From positions 1 to 64,000 of the forward strand of contig CAVWHX010000003.1 in NCBI GenBank assembly GCA_963754925.1: 64,000 bases of DNA, given 5' to 3'. The DNA is from an uncultured delta proteobacterium (lineage in GTDB: Bacteria; Myxococcota; B64-G9). The notes under the pieces were generated by a model that worked only from the letters and a program-made list of their open reading frames with translations, was not told where the DNA came from and did not search any database. A program made the translations under genes and the position numbers. The stretch's first letter is position 1. Every line of letters starts with the position of its first letter. This document shows, piece after piece, positions 31,422 through 41,663 of this stretch.

Positions 31422-31438
31422 GCAATAGGGAGGACTTC

Positions 31439-33097
31439 ATGAAATTCAATAAAGATATATATCGGGCCTTAGAGGACATCGTCGGTACGGCGAATATATC
31501 CGACGATCCCGCGGTGCTTGATTCGTATACCTACTCGCTTGCACACACCGCAATTCATATCGGCCCTTACTATGACACGTTCACCCCGCGGGGAGTCGCG
31601 GTGTTGATGCCCGGCAGCACCGAGGAAGTTCAGGCTATTGTTAAGGTGTGCAATACATACAAAATCAAATTCAAGGCATCAACCACCTTTTGGTCGGCCC
31701 AGGGTTATCCTTCGGAGGACAATACTATTCAGCTTGATATGCGGCGCATGGATAGGATTCTCGAGATTGACAAGAAAAACATGTTCGCGGTGATAGAGCC
31801 CGGCGTCATTGCGGCCACGCTTCAGGCCGAGGCCATGCAGGTTGGTTTGAACACCCATATACCTGGCTCCGGCTGCAGTTGCTCGACGCTGGCCAGCGCC
31901 ACGTCGTACCTCGGATCCGGGCCAAGCAACCTGTATGGCGGATGGTATTACGAGAATTTACTCGGCGTCGAATGGGTCATGCCCACCGGGGAGCTATTCA
32001 GAACCGGTTCATTGGGTTGCGGTTGCGGCTGGTTCTGCGGAGAAGGCCCGGGACCCAGTATGAGAGGAGTATTCAGAGGATTTCTCGGCGCAAAAGGAGC
32101 AATGGGCGTATTCACCAAATGCGCCATAAAGCTTTTCGCCTGGCCTGGTCCGAAAACGCTTCCGGTAAGGGGAATAATTCCGGCATATAAGACATCGCTA
32201 CCCGATACCTTCAGGGCATATACCGTGGCTTTCCCCTCGTGGAAAGCATGGGCCGACGGCGCTCACGCGATATGGGATACCGGCATCGGGTACATCGCTC
32301 ACCGGCAGTTCAACATGTTCGGCAGGGACTTGAAATACGCCATGGTGAAGATACTCACGGACCCGACTAAAACGCTGGGAGATATCGAGGAGGTTCTCAA
32401 AGATCCCGAGGTGCAGAAGGTGACGGAGCAATCCAAACGCGATTTCCAGATCGTTTTGGTCGGCATGACCAAACGCGACATTGACTGGCAGGAGCAGGCC
32501 CTGGATGAGATCCTCAAAAGGGCGGGCGGCTGGAAGGTAGAGGCCATGAACGAACCGGATATACACGACTGGGCGCTTCTGTACCTGCTCAGGCTCGGCC
32601 ACAAAAATCTGAACCTGGTCTTCGGCGGGGGATACGACGGCGCGTTTGGTTTTCTTCTCGCTGCAGATTATGGGGCGGCTCGCGCGGAAGAGGCCGGCGC
32701 ATTTAAAAAAGAATGGGAGAAAAGAGGAGCCATCGTCGAGGCCGGCGGGGACTGCATGATGGGGCCCATCGGCGGGCAAGGAGGAGGCGGAACCTGTCTC
32801 TGGGAGAATTTTACCTGCTTCGATCCCCACGACCGGGAATCAACCGAGGGCACCCGTGAGTTCTTTGACGCCTGCACCGAGCTCAGTCGGGAAAAACGCT
32901 GGGTGGGCGCCGGGATGGAGAAATGGAACGCCGCCGCCCGGGGAGCGGACGGAAGGACCACGCCCAAGGAAGAACGCGACCGGATGCACTTGTCCGCGCC
33001 TCAGCCCTCGGTGTATCGGTATCAGCACAAGATACGGGAAGCCTTCAATCCGAACGATCTCGGAGACGCGTACTTTGAGACGTTAGAAGATTCATAA
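31439..33097 (+). CDS. FAD-binding oxidoreductase (VAO/PCMH family)
   Basis: GGGAGG RBS before ATG 31439; PGSTEEVQAIVK, LDMRRMDRILEID, GAMGVFTK and FNPNDL. Confidence 0.82.
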   Translation: MKFNKDIYRALEDIVGTANISDDPAVLDSYTYSLAHTAIHIGPYYDTFTPRGVAVLMPGSTEEVQAIVKVCNTYKIKFKASTTFWSAQGYPSEDNTIQLDMRRMDRILEIDKKNMFAVIEPGVIAATLQAEAMQVGLNTHIPGSGCSCSTLASATSYLGSGPSNLYGGWYYENLLGVEWVMPTGELFRTGSLGCGCGWFCGEGPGPSMRGVFRGFLGAKGAMGVFTKCAIKLFAWPGPKTLPVRGIIPAYKTSLPDTFRAYTVAFPSWKAWADGAHAIWDTGIGYIAHRQFNMFGRDLKYAMVKILTDPTKTLGDIEEVLKDPEVQKVTEQSKRDFQIVLVGMTKRDIDWQEQALDEILKRAGGWKVEAMNEPDIHDWALLYLLRLGHKNLNLVFGGGYDGAFGFLLAADYGAARAEEAGAFKKEWEKRGAIVEAGGDCMMGPIGGQGGGGTCLWENFTCFDPHDRESTEGTREFFDACTELSREKRWVGAGMEKWNAAARGADGRTTPKEERDRMHLSAPQPSVYRYQHKIREAFNPNDLGDAYFETLEDS

Positions 33098-33167
33098 TCG
33101 TATCTAGGGCAACCCAATCATCATAGCGGTGCGTACTTCCAATTCATTTGGCGCTTCCACCTGCCGG

Positions 33168-33773
33168 TTACTTTTTGATCCGCGGCCGGATCCAAACGCC
33201 GTAGTACTCACCACCTTGGTCGGGTATGGAAGGCTCAAAGGGATTAACGAATCCCTTATAGAACAAAAGCCCGGTCGAACCGGCCCACTCGCCGGTCCCG
33301 CTCGTAATGGGTGAAATCTCGCTCATGTTTCCCTGCGGGTCGATGTGTAAGGGTTGATGCGCTTCTCTGATCGTGCCGCTCGTTCCGTCGGATGCCGTTG
33401 CGGTGATGGTTTCGTCCGAAAAACCCGAGAACGAACCGTCGGCAGCCAAGCGGCCGGTGACGTGATATTTTGATGTGCCGGTGAATGTTCCGGTGAATAT
33501 GTCTCCCCCATCCGCCTCCAGAGCGCCCGTAGTTTGGTCCACGACGAGGTTTTGTAGCGGCCCGGATTTCCACTGTCCTCGAACGTAGGTAATTTTAGCG
33601 CCCCGCCTACACCCATCGGCCACGAGCGCTTGCCCCGAAGCTCCGAGCATCTGTTGGATATCGCTCGTCTCGGTTTGGCCTTCACCACACGCCGCGAAAA
33701 CACCAAAAACAAGAAGTACGGCAACAGATTTGCTGACCCAACCCGAAAAGCTTTTAAAAGATCCCTTTTCCAT
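33168..33773 (-). CDS. Hypothetical lipoprotein
   Basis: GGAGG RBS, lipobox FAAC and a beta-rich body. Confidence 0.6.
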   Translation of the reverse strand: MEKGSFKSFSGWVSKSVAVLLVFGVFAACGEGQTETSDIQQMLGASGQALVADGCRRGAKITYVRGQWKSGPLQNLVVDQTTGALEADGGDIFTGTFTGTSKYHVTGRLAADGSFSGFSDETITATASDGTSGTIREAHQPLHIDPQGNMSEISPITSGTGEWAGSTGLLFYKGFVNPFEPSIPDQGGEYYGVWIRPRIKK

Positions 33774-34012
33774 AGAAATTACCCTCCGAGAGATTTTGGG
33801 TTAACCTCTAACTTATTGAATTGGCTTATATAATAGCCTATTTACAGGTCTTATAGACTTAATTTAGTTCGATGTCAATAATTGGAATACTAAAAAAATT
33901 CATTCAAGCTGATTAGGCGCCAGCCCCAGTCCAGGTGCCATTCGATAAATAACTACTCGTAATGCAAACTGTAACAAAAAATATCCCTTTATTTTTTTCT
34001 CAAAATAAATGC

Positions 34013-34052
34013 TTGATATGGTCTGTATTCTAGTCTATATTAAGACCAGAAT
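34013..34052 (+). promoter_or_regulatory. Toxin-antitoxin promoter with overlapping palindromic operator
   Basis: TTGATA...TATATT; inverted repeat ATTCTAGTCT-N6-AGACCAGAAT (34027-34052). Confidence 0.55.
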
Positions 34053-34079
34053 ATGGTCCTAAACAAAGAGGTTTATTTA

Positions 34080-34370
34080 ATGAAACCATTACAAGTCTCA
34101 AAAGATATTCTCCCTATTGGTGATTTTAAAACGCATGCATCGCAAATTGTCAGACGTCTGCGTGAAACAAGGCGTCCTTTCGTCATCACGCAAAACGGAA
34201 AACCCGCTGCTGTACTTCTTGCTCCTGATGAGTTCGACAGGCTACAAGAACAAGCTCGATTCGTCCAGGCTGTAGAGGAAGGGCTTGCGGACTCTACCGC
34301 GGGGCGCGTGATCGCCGACGACGAGTTTGGCAACGAGCTCGATGAAACGTTCGGATCCTTGAAGCGATGA
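34080..34370 (+). CDS. Phd/YefM-family antitoxin
   Basis: DFKTHASQIV...PFVITQNGKPAAVL. Confidence 0.88.
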   Translation: MKPLQVSKDILPIGDFKTHASQIVRRLRETRRPFVITQNGKPAAVLLAPDEFDRLQEQARFVQAVEEGLADSTAGRVIADDEFGNELDETFGSLKR

Positions 34371-34672
34371 AGCTCTATTGGACGGAGCGGTCGCGACAGG
34401 ATTTGCTCGCGATCGGTCGTTACATCGCGCGCGACCATCCACATACGGCGCGAGTGTGGGTCGAGCGTTTGCGGGCGCGGGCGCGAGGGGCTGCGAAAAC
34501 GCCACGCGCGGGACGAATGGTTCCGGAATGGGAAAGCAAGGACATGCGTGAGGTGTTTCTGCGCAACTACCGAATCGTTTATCGCATTCAAAAGGATTCC
34601 ATACACATCATTACCGTTTTCGAGGGTCACCGGCAGTTTTTACGCAATACGTCACCGGATGTAAAAGATTGA
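34367..34672 (+). CDS. RelE/ParE-family toxin
   Basis: ATGA overlap with the antitoxin; WTERSRQDL, GRMVPE, YRIVYR and VFEGHR. Confidence 0.88.
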   Translation: MKLYWTERSRQDLLAIGRYIARDHPHTARVWVERLRARARGAAKTPRAGRMVPEWESKDMREVFLRNYRIVYRIQKDSIHIITVFEGHRQFLRNTSPDVKD

Positions 34673-34677
34673 CCTGA

Positions 34678-35391
34678 TCATTGCTTGATGGAATATAAGT
34701 TTATAAGTGAGTTAATGTCTGCATTCTTCCTATCCATCGGAACCCGAAAGATCTTTTTCCAATCACCTAATATCTCTGGTCTCAAACCGGTCTCCTGAGA
34801 ATACTGACCCCCTGTAATAAGTTTAATATACTTACAGGCTATTTTATTGAAAAGTTTTATAGACTCGGCCAGGTCATTGTATGTGACGTCTCCTTGGAAT
34901 CCTCTTTTATCTAAATGGGCAATAACTCTGTCGGTAAAATTGCTTACTCCACCAGCAATGCATCGTATTTTCCGCATATCTTTGCAAATAATGCATTCCG
35001 ACAGGTTCTTTTTATTTTCGCTGACTGTTGCGAAAGTAGAATTTTGCCATTCCGGTTCGTCCTTCGCGACGGGATATTGCTGCAAGTAGAAATCATATGT
35101 AAAATGGTCAGCATTCTCCTTAAGCTGATCGAGAAGCCTCATCAAAGATATGCTGTCGTCATTAATCTTTGTGTGTCGTCTAATTGCAATTGCAGCAAAT
35201 GTCAAATAACAATCCTTGACAAAGTAACAAAACCAATCCCCTTCATTTTTATCTATATGCTCCGTATTCATTTCTACCATTTCAATAAAGCCTTCGTAAA
35301 CCTGTTGATAGTGTACAAGACCTTGCAGATCATTTTTGATTTTATTGACCCAGGTTTTCCATTTTTCAAAATCTTTGTTTGTAAGTTTCAT
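34678..35391 (-). CDS. Hypothetical protein, possibly AbiU2-like HEPN
   Basis: AT-rich and helical; SISLMRLL and DRVIAHLD resemble HEPN/AbiU2 motifs. Confidence 0.45.
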   Translation of the reverse strand: MKLTNKDFEKWKTWVNKIKNDLQGLVHYQQVYEGFIEMVEMNTEHIDKNEGDWFCYFVKDCYLTFAAIAIRRHTKINDDSISLMRLLDQLKENADHFTYDFYLQQYPVAKDEPEWQNSTFATVSENKKNLSECIICKDMRKIRCIAGGVSNFTDRVIAHLDKRGFQGDVTYNDLAESIKLFNKIACKYIKLITGGQYSQETGLRPEILGDWKKIFRVPMDRKNADINSLINLYSIKQ

Positions 35392-35534
35392 CTATTTCCA
35401 GTTCCTTTGACTACTCATAATAATTTTACACAAGCAACCAATCCCGAGTTTATTTGTCATTCGATTAATAACTATTTGTAATGCAAATAATAACTTAAGA
35501 TATCTCTTTATTTATTTGATTGACACAGATAGGG

Positions 35535-35987
35535 CTATGCCACGTCCAGTGGAGCGCTTGGTTGGCAAGGTTGTTGTAAACGAAAATGAATCGGTTTTTC
35601 GTTGATGATATCCAAACTTAGTTCTTTACGCAAATCGTCTCGCAGTGACAGGAGAAGCGCTCCCGCGCTTGCTTCAACCCTACGTTCTGCGATTGCGGTT
35701 GCCAATTCTTTTGCCATACAGACTTGTTTGACGGTTCCGAATAATTGAATGTCGGCTATCGCGGATTCGAGTCCTTTTCCGTACTCAGTATTATGGATTG
35801 CACCACGGCACGCACCTCCTTCCAGACGTCGGTAAGCCTCAATGAGATATTTCACACGAATTTCACGCCTTTTGTTCTGACGGTCGCGATGCGTATTAAA
35901 AAGATGAGCAACCAACCACCCAAGTATAGCGATGCATGATGTTATCATTAACGGAATTAGCAATTGCCAGTTCAGTATTTCATCCAT
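35535..35987 (-). CDS. Hypothetical protein with N-terminal TM helix
   Basis: 150-aa ORF with RBS and one TM followed by a helical domain. Confidence 0.6.
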   Translation of the reverse strand: MDEILNWQLLIPLMITSCIAILGWLVAHLFNTHRDRQNKRREIRVKYLIEAYRRLEGGACRGAIHNTEYGKGLESAIADIQLFGTVKQVCMAKELATAIAERRVEASAGALLLSLRDDLRKELSLDIINEKPIHFRLQQPCQPSAPLDVA

Positions 35988-35996
35988 AGCGACCCC

Positions 35997-36374
35997 CTAT
36001 ATCCATTCAAGCTCTTCGTCAGTCAACGGCCCCCCGGCATTTCCGGTATTCACGGTTCCCTTCGGCTCGACCAACATCACCGTACACTCGGTCTCACAAA
36101 TTGGTTTGTGCTCGACGTCCCGGGGAACGACAATCAGCTCGCCTTTTTTCAAATCAAAAACCCGGTCCCGAAAAGCCAATTTCATTTTGCCCTCGACAAC
36201 AAAGAACACCTCATCAGTTTCCGGATGGCTGTGCCAAATAAATTCGCGCTTAGCTTTTACTAATTTGAACTGATAATCGTTTAGTTCTGCAATAAGCTTG
36301 TACTTATGCAGCTTCTTGATTAAGCCGGCTTTTTCTTCGAGATTGACTACCCGTATTTCCATTTCAATTCTCAT
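35997..36374 (-). CDS. Cupin-domain protein
   Basis: FIWHSHPETDEVF...VVPRDVEHKP. Confidence 0.85.
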   Translation of the reverse strand: MRIEMEIRVVNLEEKAGLIKKLHKYKLIAELNDYQFKLVKAKREFIWHSHPETDEVFFVVEGKMKLAFRDRVFDLKKGELIVVPRDVEHKPICETECTVMLVEPKGTVNTGNAGGPLTDEELEWI

Positions 36375-36673
36375 TGTGCCTTAGCCCCCTCATCCCCGCC
36401 TTCCACCGGCACGCTCCATGTGTGTAGGAAGGAGCCTCGTACTTAAACCCTCCCCCCTTAATGCAAAGTGTTCGGTAGGGTTGTTGAAGTTTATAAGTAG
36501 ATTATAGCACTTGAAAATACTAAGTCAAAATTGCGGCTCGTCTTTATACCTCTCTGAAATGACCATGTGATACATTGCTCAACGCGGCGTGAGAGTTGAC
36601 AGTGACGGATGTGCCTTTAGTAACACGAGTTGTTTGCTTTGGTTAAGTCCGGTAGGGGGAGCATCACCATCGC

Positions 36674-38461
36674 TCAGTATAGAAAGTTCAGCAACGCGGT
36701 CACCACCTGCTCTGGTTGTCCGTTGTTCTGCACCGGCGCGGCAGTCTCAACATCCAGGTGATGATATCCCGCTATTACCGGCGAGCCGGGAGGATTCATG
36801 TTCATCATAGCCCCCAAACCCGGGCCGTCGCCGGCGATGATGTCGAGCACCGGTCGCGCCGTCTCGCCGTCTTTGTGGATGGCGCCGCTCGCGCCGAACA
36901 GTGAGTCAATCGTCAGGGCCGTGGGGAAGTACACTTCCACGAAATTCATGGGCACTGCGCCCAAGCATCGCGCCATGTCGTGGATATCGGTAACCTCCTT
37001 GTCCGGGCTGGTATAGGGATTTCCATCGGAGGCGTTTGGAATCGTCATGCCGGCAATTTCATTGTAATTCGCCCAATCGTACAGCGCACCGGGCTGGCCC
37101 GAAGATCCTTCGTCAGTTGCAATCGCAAATTCTTCGCCGCCCAGCATGCCCTTGAGGGCCGCAAGCTCCGGGATCTGATTCAGGCCATCGGGGATCGGGA
37201 AGTCCTTGTCCGCCACTGGACCGCCCTTGAAAAACCCCATACTCGCCTGCACGATGCTGATCGGCATCGAGTTGTTGTCCATAAATATCGCGAACAACGC
37301 TTGGTTGGTGTAACGGATTTCTTCGATAGACGGTTTGTCAAACAAGAAGGCATATAAGTTCATTGAACCATAGAACCGGTATGAAAACTTTACCGCACTG
37401 TCCGCCGGCAGGTAGCTGACTAAATCCGATTCAGTTGTGGGGTTCATCTCAGCGGCAAAGCCCAAACCACTGAGCAGCGTCATCACCTCCGGATCGATAA
37501 TACCGGTAAGCGAAAAGAACCGCTCCAATTTCCCCTCGCGCATCATGGTGATCAAGTTTTCGGGGACGTCGTCCAGAAGCGACTCCAACCCCGGAATCGC
37601 GTTGAACATGGATACCATCATGGGTGTGGCGGTTACGACGGTGTCTAAACCAAAAAACCCGGCGCACTGGTTGTAACCGGCATCATTCGTCGTTGTCGGA
37701 TCGCCGTCAAAATCCCAGTCCGCGTACGCTCCCGTGATGAAGCCGCCGAGTGAGTGGCCGCCGCAATAAACCTTCTGTTGGCGTGCAGTCTGGTCCGGAA
37801 TGCCGCGCGTGATGATCGTATTCATGTCTATGACCGTTTGCTCCATTCCCATATCCACGAGCCAAGCGGCATCCTTAAGCGGGTCCAGAAATCCTTTGAA
37901 CTGTTGCCCATTGTATGCCTTATTGCGATAGTAATAATCAATGGCATCATGAACGTCTCCAGTCTCCTTTGCCAAGAGCAACCCGTTGATATCCTCGAGG
38001 CAGTTTGGTCGCCGGTCGATAGCCCAGAACTCGATATAGCTGCCTTTCTCATTGTATGCGCGCGTGATCAGGTTGCCGGCGACATTGTAGAAAGCCGAAG
38101 CGCCCTCAAGAATGCCGGGTTGGGCTACCAATATCTTGTCTGCATCCGAAGGATTGAGCGGCCCGTTGCGGTGGCGAATGCGCAGGAAGTGAATCGTGTC
38201 GCATGCCTCCGGATGGTCGGCAAATGAGCACGGCAGGGGCGCGTAGATGGCGACATCGGTCGCGACGGAGTCGGGAAATGTCGTGTTTTGGGTGGCCGAT
38301 TGCTCGGTAAAACCAATCCGCGGCCAATACAAGGCCGCGGAGGGGCCGGTGAGATCGCTAAGCAACGAAGTTGGCAGGCCACAGCCGGGTAGTACATAAG
38401 TGACGGTTAAAGCAACCAGGAAAAGAATGACGTTGCGCTCACGAATCCTCTTCATGTTCAT
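36674..38461 (-). CDS. Secreted alpha/beta-hydrolase-fold lipoprotein
   Basis: Lipobox LPGC, nucleophile elbow GHSLG and C-terminal GYHHLD. Confidence 0.7.
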   Translation of the reverse strand: MNMKRIRERNVILFLVALTVTYVLPGCGLPTSLLSDLTGPSAALYWPRIGFTEQSATQNTTFPDSVATDVAIYAPLPCSFADHPEACDTIHFLRIRHRNGPLNPSDADKILVAQPGILEGASAFYNVAGNLITRAYNEKGSYIEFWAIDRRPNCLEDINGLLLAKETGDVHDAIDYYYRNKAYNGQQFKGFLDPLKDAAWLVDMGMEQTVIDMNTIITRGIPDQTARQQKVYCGGHSLGGFITGAYADWDFDGDPTTTNDAGYNQCAGFFGLDTVVTATPMMVSMFNAIPGLESLLDDVPENLITMMREGKLERFFSLTGIIDPEVMTLLSGLGFAAEMNPTTESDLVSYLPADSAVKFSYRFYGSMNLYAFLFDKPSIEEIRYTNQALFAIFMDNNSMPISIVQASMGFFKGGPVADKDFPIPDGLNQIPELAALKGMLGGEEFAIATDEGSSGQPGALYDWANYNEIAGMTIPNASDGNPYTSPDKEVTDIHDMARCLGAVPMNFVEVYFPTALTIDSLFGASGAIHKDGETARPVLDIIAGDGPGLGAMMNMNPPGSPVIAGYHHLDVETAAPVQNNGQPEQVVTALLNFLY

Positions 38462-38578
38462 CGCTCCTTCATGACGGTTGGGTTACTGCCTAAATGTACT
38501 ATTTCTCAATTAACGGAACAAATCAGGTTTTCAAATCACGGTCAAGAGAAAAGTTGGGAATTGGGTTGATAACACTCA

Positions 38579-38800
38579 TTAGTTATTTAAAAGCAGATAC
38601 TTGTTAGCGTCCGCGTTGCCACCGATCCATTTCCAGGTGGTCCCTTCGTCGGCGCCGTTGGTGACCGTGAAATCAGGCCTGGCTTCACGGAGCTCGTCGA
38701 TGACGACGGTGTTGTTCGACGGGTAAAGAACAGGAAGCAGGTGCGGGAAGTCGGACGCCAACAAACTCACACGAACTCGGTGTCCCTTTTTGAACACGTT
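38579..38800 (-). pseudogene. 3' remnant of a CocE/NonD-type hydrolase
   Basis: VFKKGHRVRVSLLASDFP is typical of the CocE C-terminal domain; no 5' part is present. Confidence 0.55.
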
Positions 38801-38977
38801 ATCAGTTACACTGGATTTAGTTGCTGCGTTCGGCTGGCAATAGTTTTTCAGGTTTCATACGGTCACTTCTTGTTGACGAACTCTGTCAAGGTCTTATCAA
38901 AGTAATAAAAGAAAAGGCAATAGAAAAAGTGGTTCCCTGCCCTACCTCCTCAACTTCACACGCCGCTTCTTGGCCAA

Positions 38978-39593
38978 TTAGTTGCATGTTCCGTCGCAGC
39001 AGGTTTCGCCCCACAACGCTTCGATGCCCTCCTTGCCGATTATCGGAATCATCACCAAGCCGGCCGCCGGGTCTGCCCACCACCACCCCAATAAGGCGTT
39101 TTAACCCAAGTCCCATCAACAAGATGGCTGAAAGGTAAGCGCAAATGTCCGCCTGGTGTGAATCAGCCACCAGCGCTTGACTATTGATTTGCACCGCCAC
39201 GCGCCGTTTCGCCCGCGCCAGGATGGGCATCACCAGCAACGACAGCGCTGCAATGATAATGCCGATAAGGCTCGCATCCGGCCCCTCGCGCAGGAGCAAG
39301 GATTTCACCGCCTCGAACCCGATGTACACCGCCAGCGCGATCAAGCTTGCACCGACAAACCGTAACGCGAGGCGCTCGCGATGCTCGCCTGAAAATAGCC
39401 GCCACAACAGAATTGCACCTGACGAAACCTCAATGAGCGAATCAACGCCGAAGCCGATAAGCGCAATGCTGCCGGCCACGATGCCCGCTCCAATGGAAAT
39501 TAGAGCCTCGAGCAGATTCCATCCGATGGTCAGATACTCAAGCCTGCGTCCGCGCCGCACTGGTGCGGTATTAATAGCCTCTTCAGAGGACAT
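38978..39593 (-). CDS. Cation-efflux (CDF-like) membrane protein; frameshift ~39100
   Basis: GSIALIGFGVDSLIE and ALVADSHQ; the shifted frame gives NALLGWWWADPAAGL...CCDGTCN*. Confidence 0.75.
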
Positions 39594-39742
39594 TTCAATT
39601 TTCATGCCTTGCAATATAGGCGTCTTAAGTATTGAAAACAATCAAACTCTCGGGACGAGGCCCTACTGCCTAAAAAACATCGCCGTTGAGACTGGGGATG
39701 TGGTATGTCAGACGTAACGTGGATGAGTTAAGGAGCTTGCCT

Positions 39743-40354
39743 ATGGAACTATCAGCAGTAATAACAGCTCGAAGAAGCGTTCGAAAATTCAAACCCGACT
39801 CGGTCCCCGAACCTTTCATCACAGAACTTCTCGAGGCCGCCCGGCTTGCCCCATCGGGATCAAATATTCAGCCGGCGCGCTTTATCGTCGTTAAGACCAA
39901 AGAAGCCCGGGAGAAGTTGAAGTACTGCACCCCCCTTCAATTTGTTCATGAGGCTCCGGTGGTGATAGTATGTTGCGCCGACACCCAATCACTCGACGCC
40001 CGCGGCCAAAAATTGATCCAATTGAAGGAGGCTGGAGCCTTAGTGGGAACGCCGCTTGATAGCGCCGACGTCCGGGAACTGGCAAAATCCCGGAACACGA
40101 TGTCAGAGGCTGAAACCACGGCGTATCTGAGGCTCAATGCTGCAATCGCGATTGAGCACATTGTGCTGCGCGCTACCGATCTCGGCCTCGGAAGTTGCTG
40201 GGTGATGATGTTCGATCGGGAACAAGTAAGAAAAGTTTTTGATATTGATGAGCGTTATATCGTGGTGGCGCTGCTACCGGTTGGGTATCCCGACCAAAAC
40301 CCAGTTCAAAGGCCGCGGATTTCGGCACGAGAGATTTTACTCAAAGATTTGTAA
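39743..40354 (+). CDS. Nitroreductase-family protein
   Basis: RRSVRKF, APSGSNIQP and GLGSCW; AAGGAG RBS. Confidence 0.9.
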   Translation: MELSAVITARRSVRKFKPDSVPEPFITELLEAARLAPSGSNIQPARFIVVKTKEAREKLKYCTPLQFVHEAPVVIVCCADTQSLDARGQKLIQLKEAGALVGTPLDSADVRELAKSRNTMSEAETTAYLRLNAAIAIEHIVLRATDLGLGSCWVMMFDREQVRKVFDIDERYIVVALLPVGYPDQNPVQRPRISAREILLKDL

Positions 40355-40359
40355 CGTTA

Positions 40360-41457
40360 TTACTGATCCAGCGGCGGGTAGTCGGTGTAGCCTTTTTCGC
40401 CCGGCGTATAAAAAGTGCTCTTATCCCAGCGCGCAAGTGGTGCGTTGAGCTCGAAACACCGGGGTAAGTCGGGATTAGAAATAAAGAGCTTCGCAAAGGC
40501 CACGAGGTCAGCCAAGCCTTCTTCAATTACTCGGTTTCCTTTTTCCCGATCGAAGTTACTGTTGATGATGAGCGTGCCTTTGTACCTGGGCCGGTAGCGT
40601 CGGGCAATATTCGGCTCTGCAAAGGGAACGTTGGTGACGTCGGTGAACGGCTCCGAAAGGTGCAGGTAGGCGAGCTTATAATCGTTCAACCGCTCTACGA
40701 TATAATCGAATGTGGGGATGGTTTCCTCATCCAGGGTCATGCCGAAAAATCCATGCGCCGAGGGATTCAATCGCAGGCCGATACGGTGTTCCGGCATGTG
40801 TGTTTTGATTTCATCGATCACTTCAAAAAGGATTCTCGCACGGTTTTCTTTTGACCCACCATATCGGTCGGTTCTGATATTTGATGTCCTGCTAAAAAAT
40901 TGATGCAGTAGATATGCGTTGGAGGAATGTATCTCGATGCCGTCAAAACCCGCAATCATGGCGTTTTTCGCCCCTTGACCAAAGTCTTTGACCGTCTGCT
41001 GAATTTCTTCGATGGTCATGGCTTTCGGCGCGACGGTGTCCTTGAAGCCCTGCGGTGTAAACGACTGAGCATGGGGATTGAGTGCCGAAGGTGCGAGCGG
41101 AAGCTCACCGTTATGAAAATCAGGATGAGACATGCGACCCACGTGCCAAATCTGTTGAAATATTTTTCCACCCTTGCCATGGACTGCCGCGGTCACTTTC
41201 TTCCATCCCTCGACCTGCGCCGCCGAATAACAACCCGGAGTATTGATGTATCCAACCGCCCTGGTTGATATTTGTGAACCCTCGCTAATAATGAGACCGG
41301 CGCTCGCTCTCTGCCCGTAATAGGTTGCATGAATCTCGGTCGGGGCATGATCCGGATTATCCGCCCGGCTGCGGGTCATGGGCGCCATCACCACCCGATT
41401 ACGAAGTTTGAGATCTCCCCTGGTGTATTCTCTTAAAAGCGCCTGTTCTTTTGACAT
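40360..41457 (-). CDS. nemA: Old Yellow Enzyme-type alkene reductase
   Basis: NRVVMAPMTR, QIWHVGR, EIHSSNAYL, RTDRYGGS and GYTDYP. Confidence 0.85.
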   Translation of the reverse strand: MSKEQALLREYTRGDLKLRNRVVMAPMTRSRADNPDHAPTEIHATYYGQRASAGLIISEGSQISTRAVGYINTPGCYSAAQVEGWKKVTAAVHGKGGKIFQQIWHVGRMSHPDFHNGELPLAPSALNPHAQSFTPQGFKDTVAPKAMTIEEIQQTVKDFGQGAKNAMIAGFDGIEIHSSNAYLLHQFFSRTSNIRTDRYGGSKENRARILFEVIDEIKTHMPEHRIGLRLNPSAHGFFGMTLDEETIPTFDYIVERLNDYKLAYLHLSEPFTDVTNVPFAEPNIARRYRPRYKGTLIINSNFDREKGNRVIEEGLADLVAFAKLFISNPDLPRCFELNAPLARWDKSTFYTPGEKGYTDYPPLDQ

Positions 41458-41663
41458 AGGCCCATCCTTCCGAACCGAAAACTAATCACGAAACATAACT
41501 CGGCAAGGAAGCTCATATCTTTTTATCCAACAAAATGCCGCTGAGAGGTAACACCAGCAGAGCAAAACGGCTCTTATGCGTTGGCTGAAACTGAATTATT
41601 ATTATTTGAAAATAATAATGGAGAGTTGAAAGACGTTATGAAGTGCGGGTATGTTCCTTGTAA

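Noticed and set aside
31208..31438. N-terminal extension of the second flavoprotein
   Set aside because: It overlaps the Fe-S gene, and the RBS and domain start support ATG 31439.
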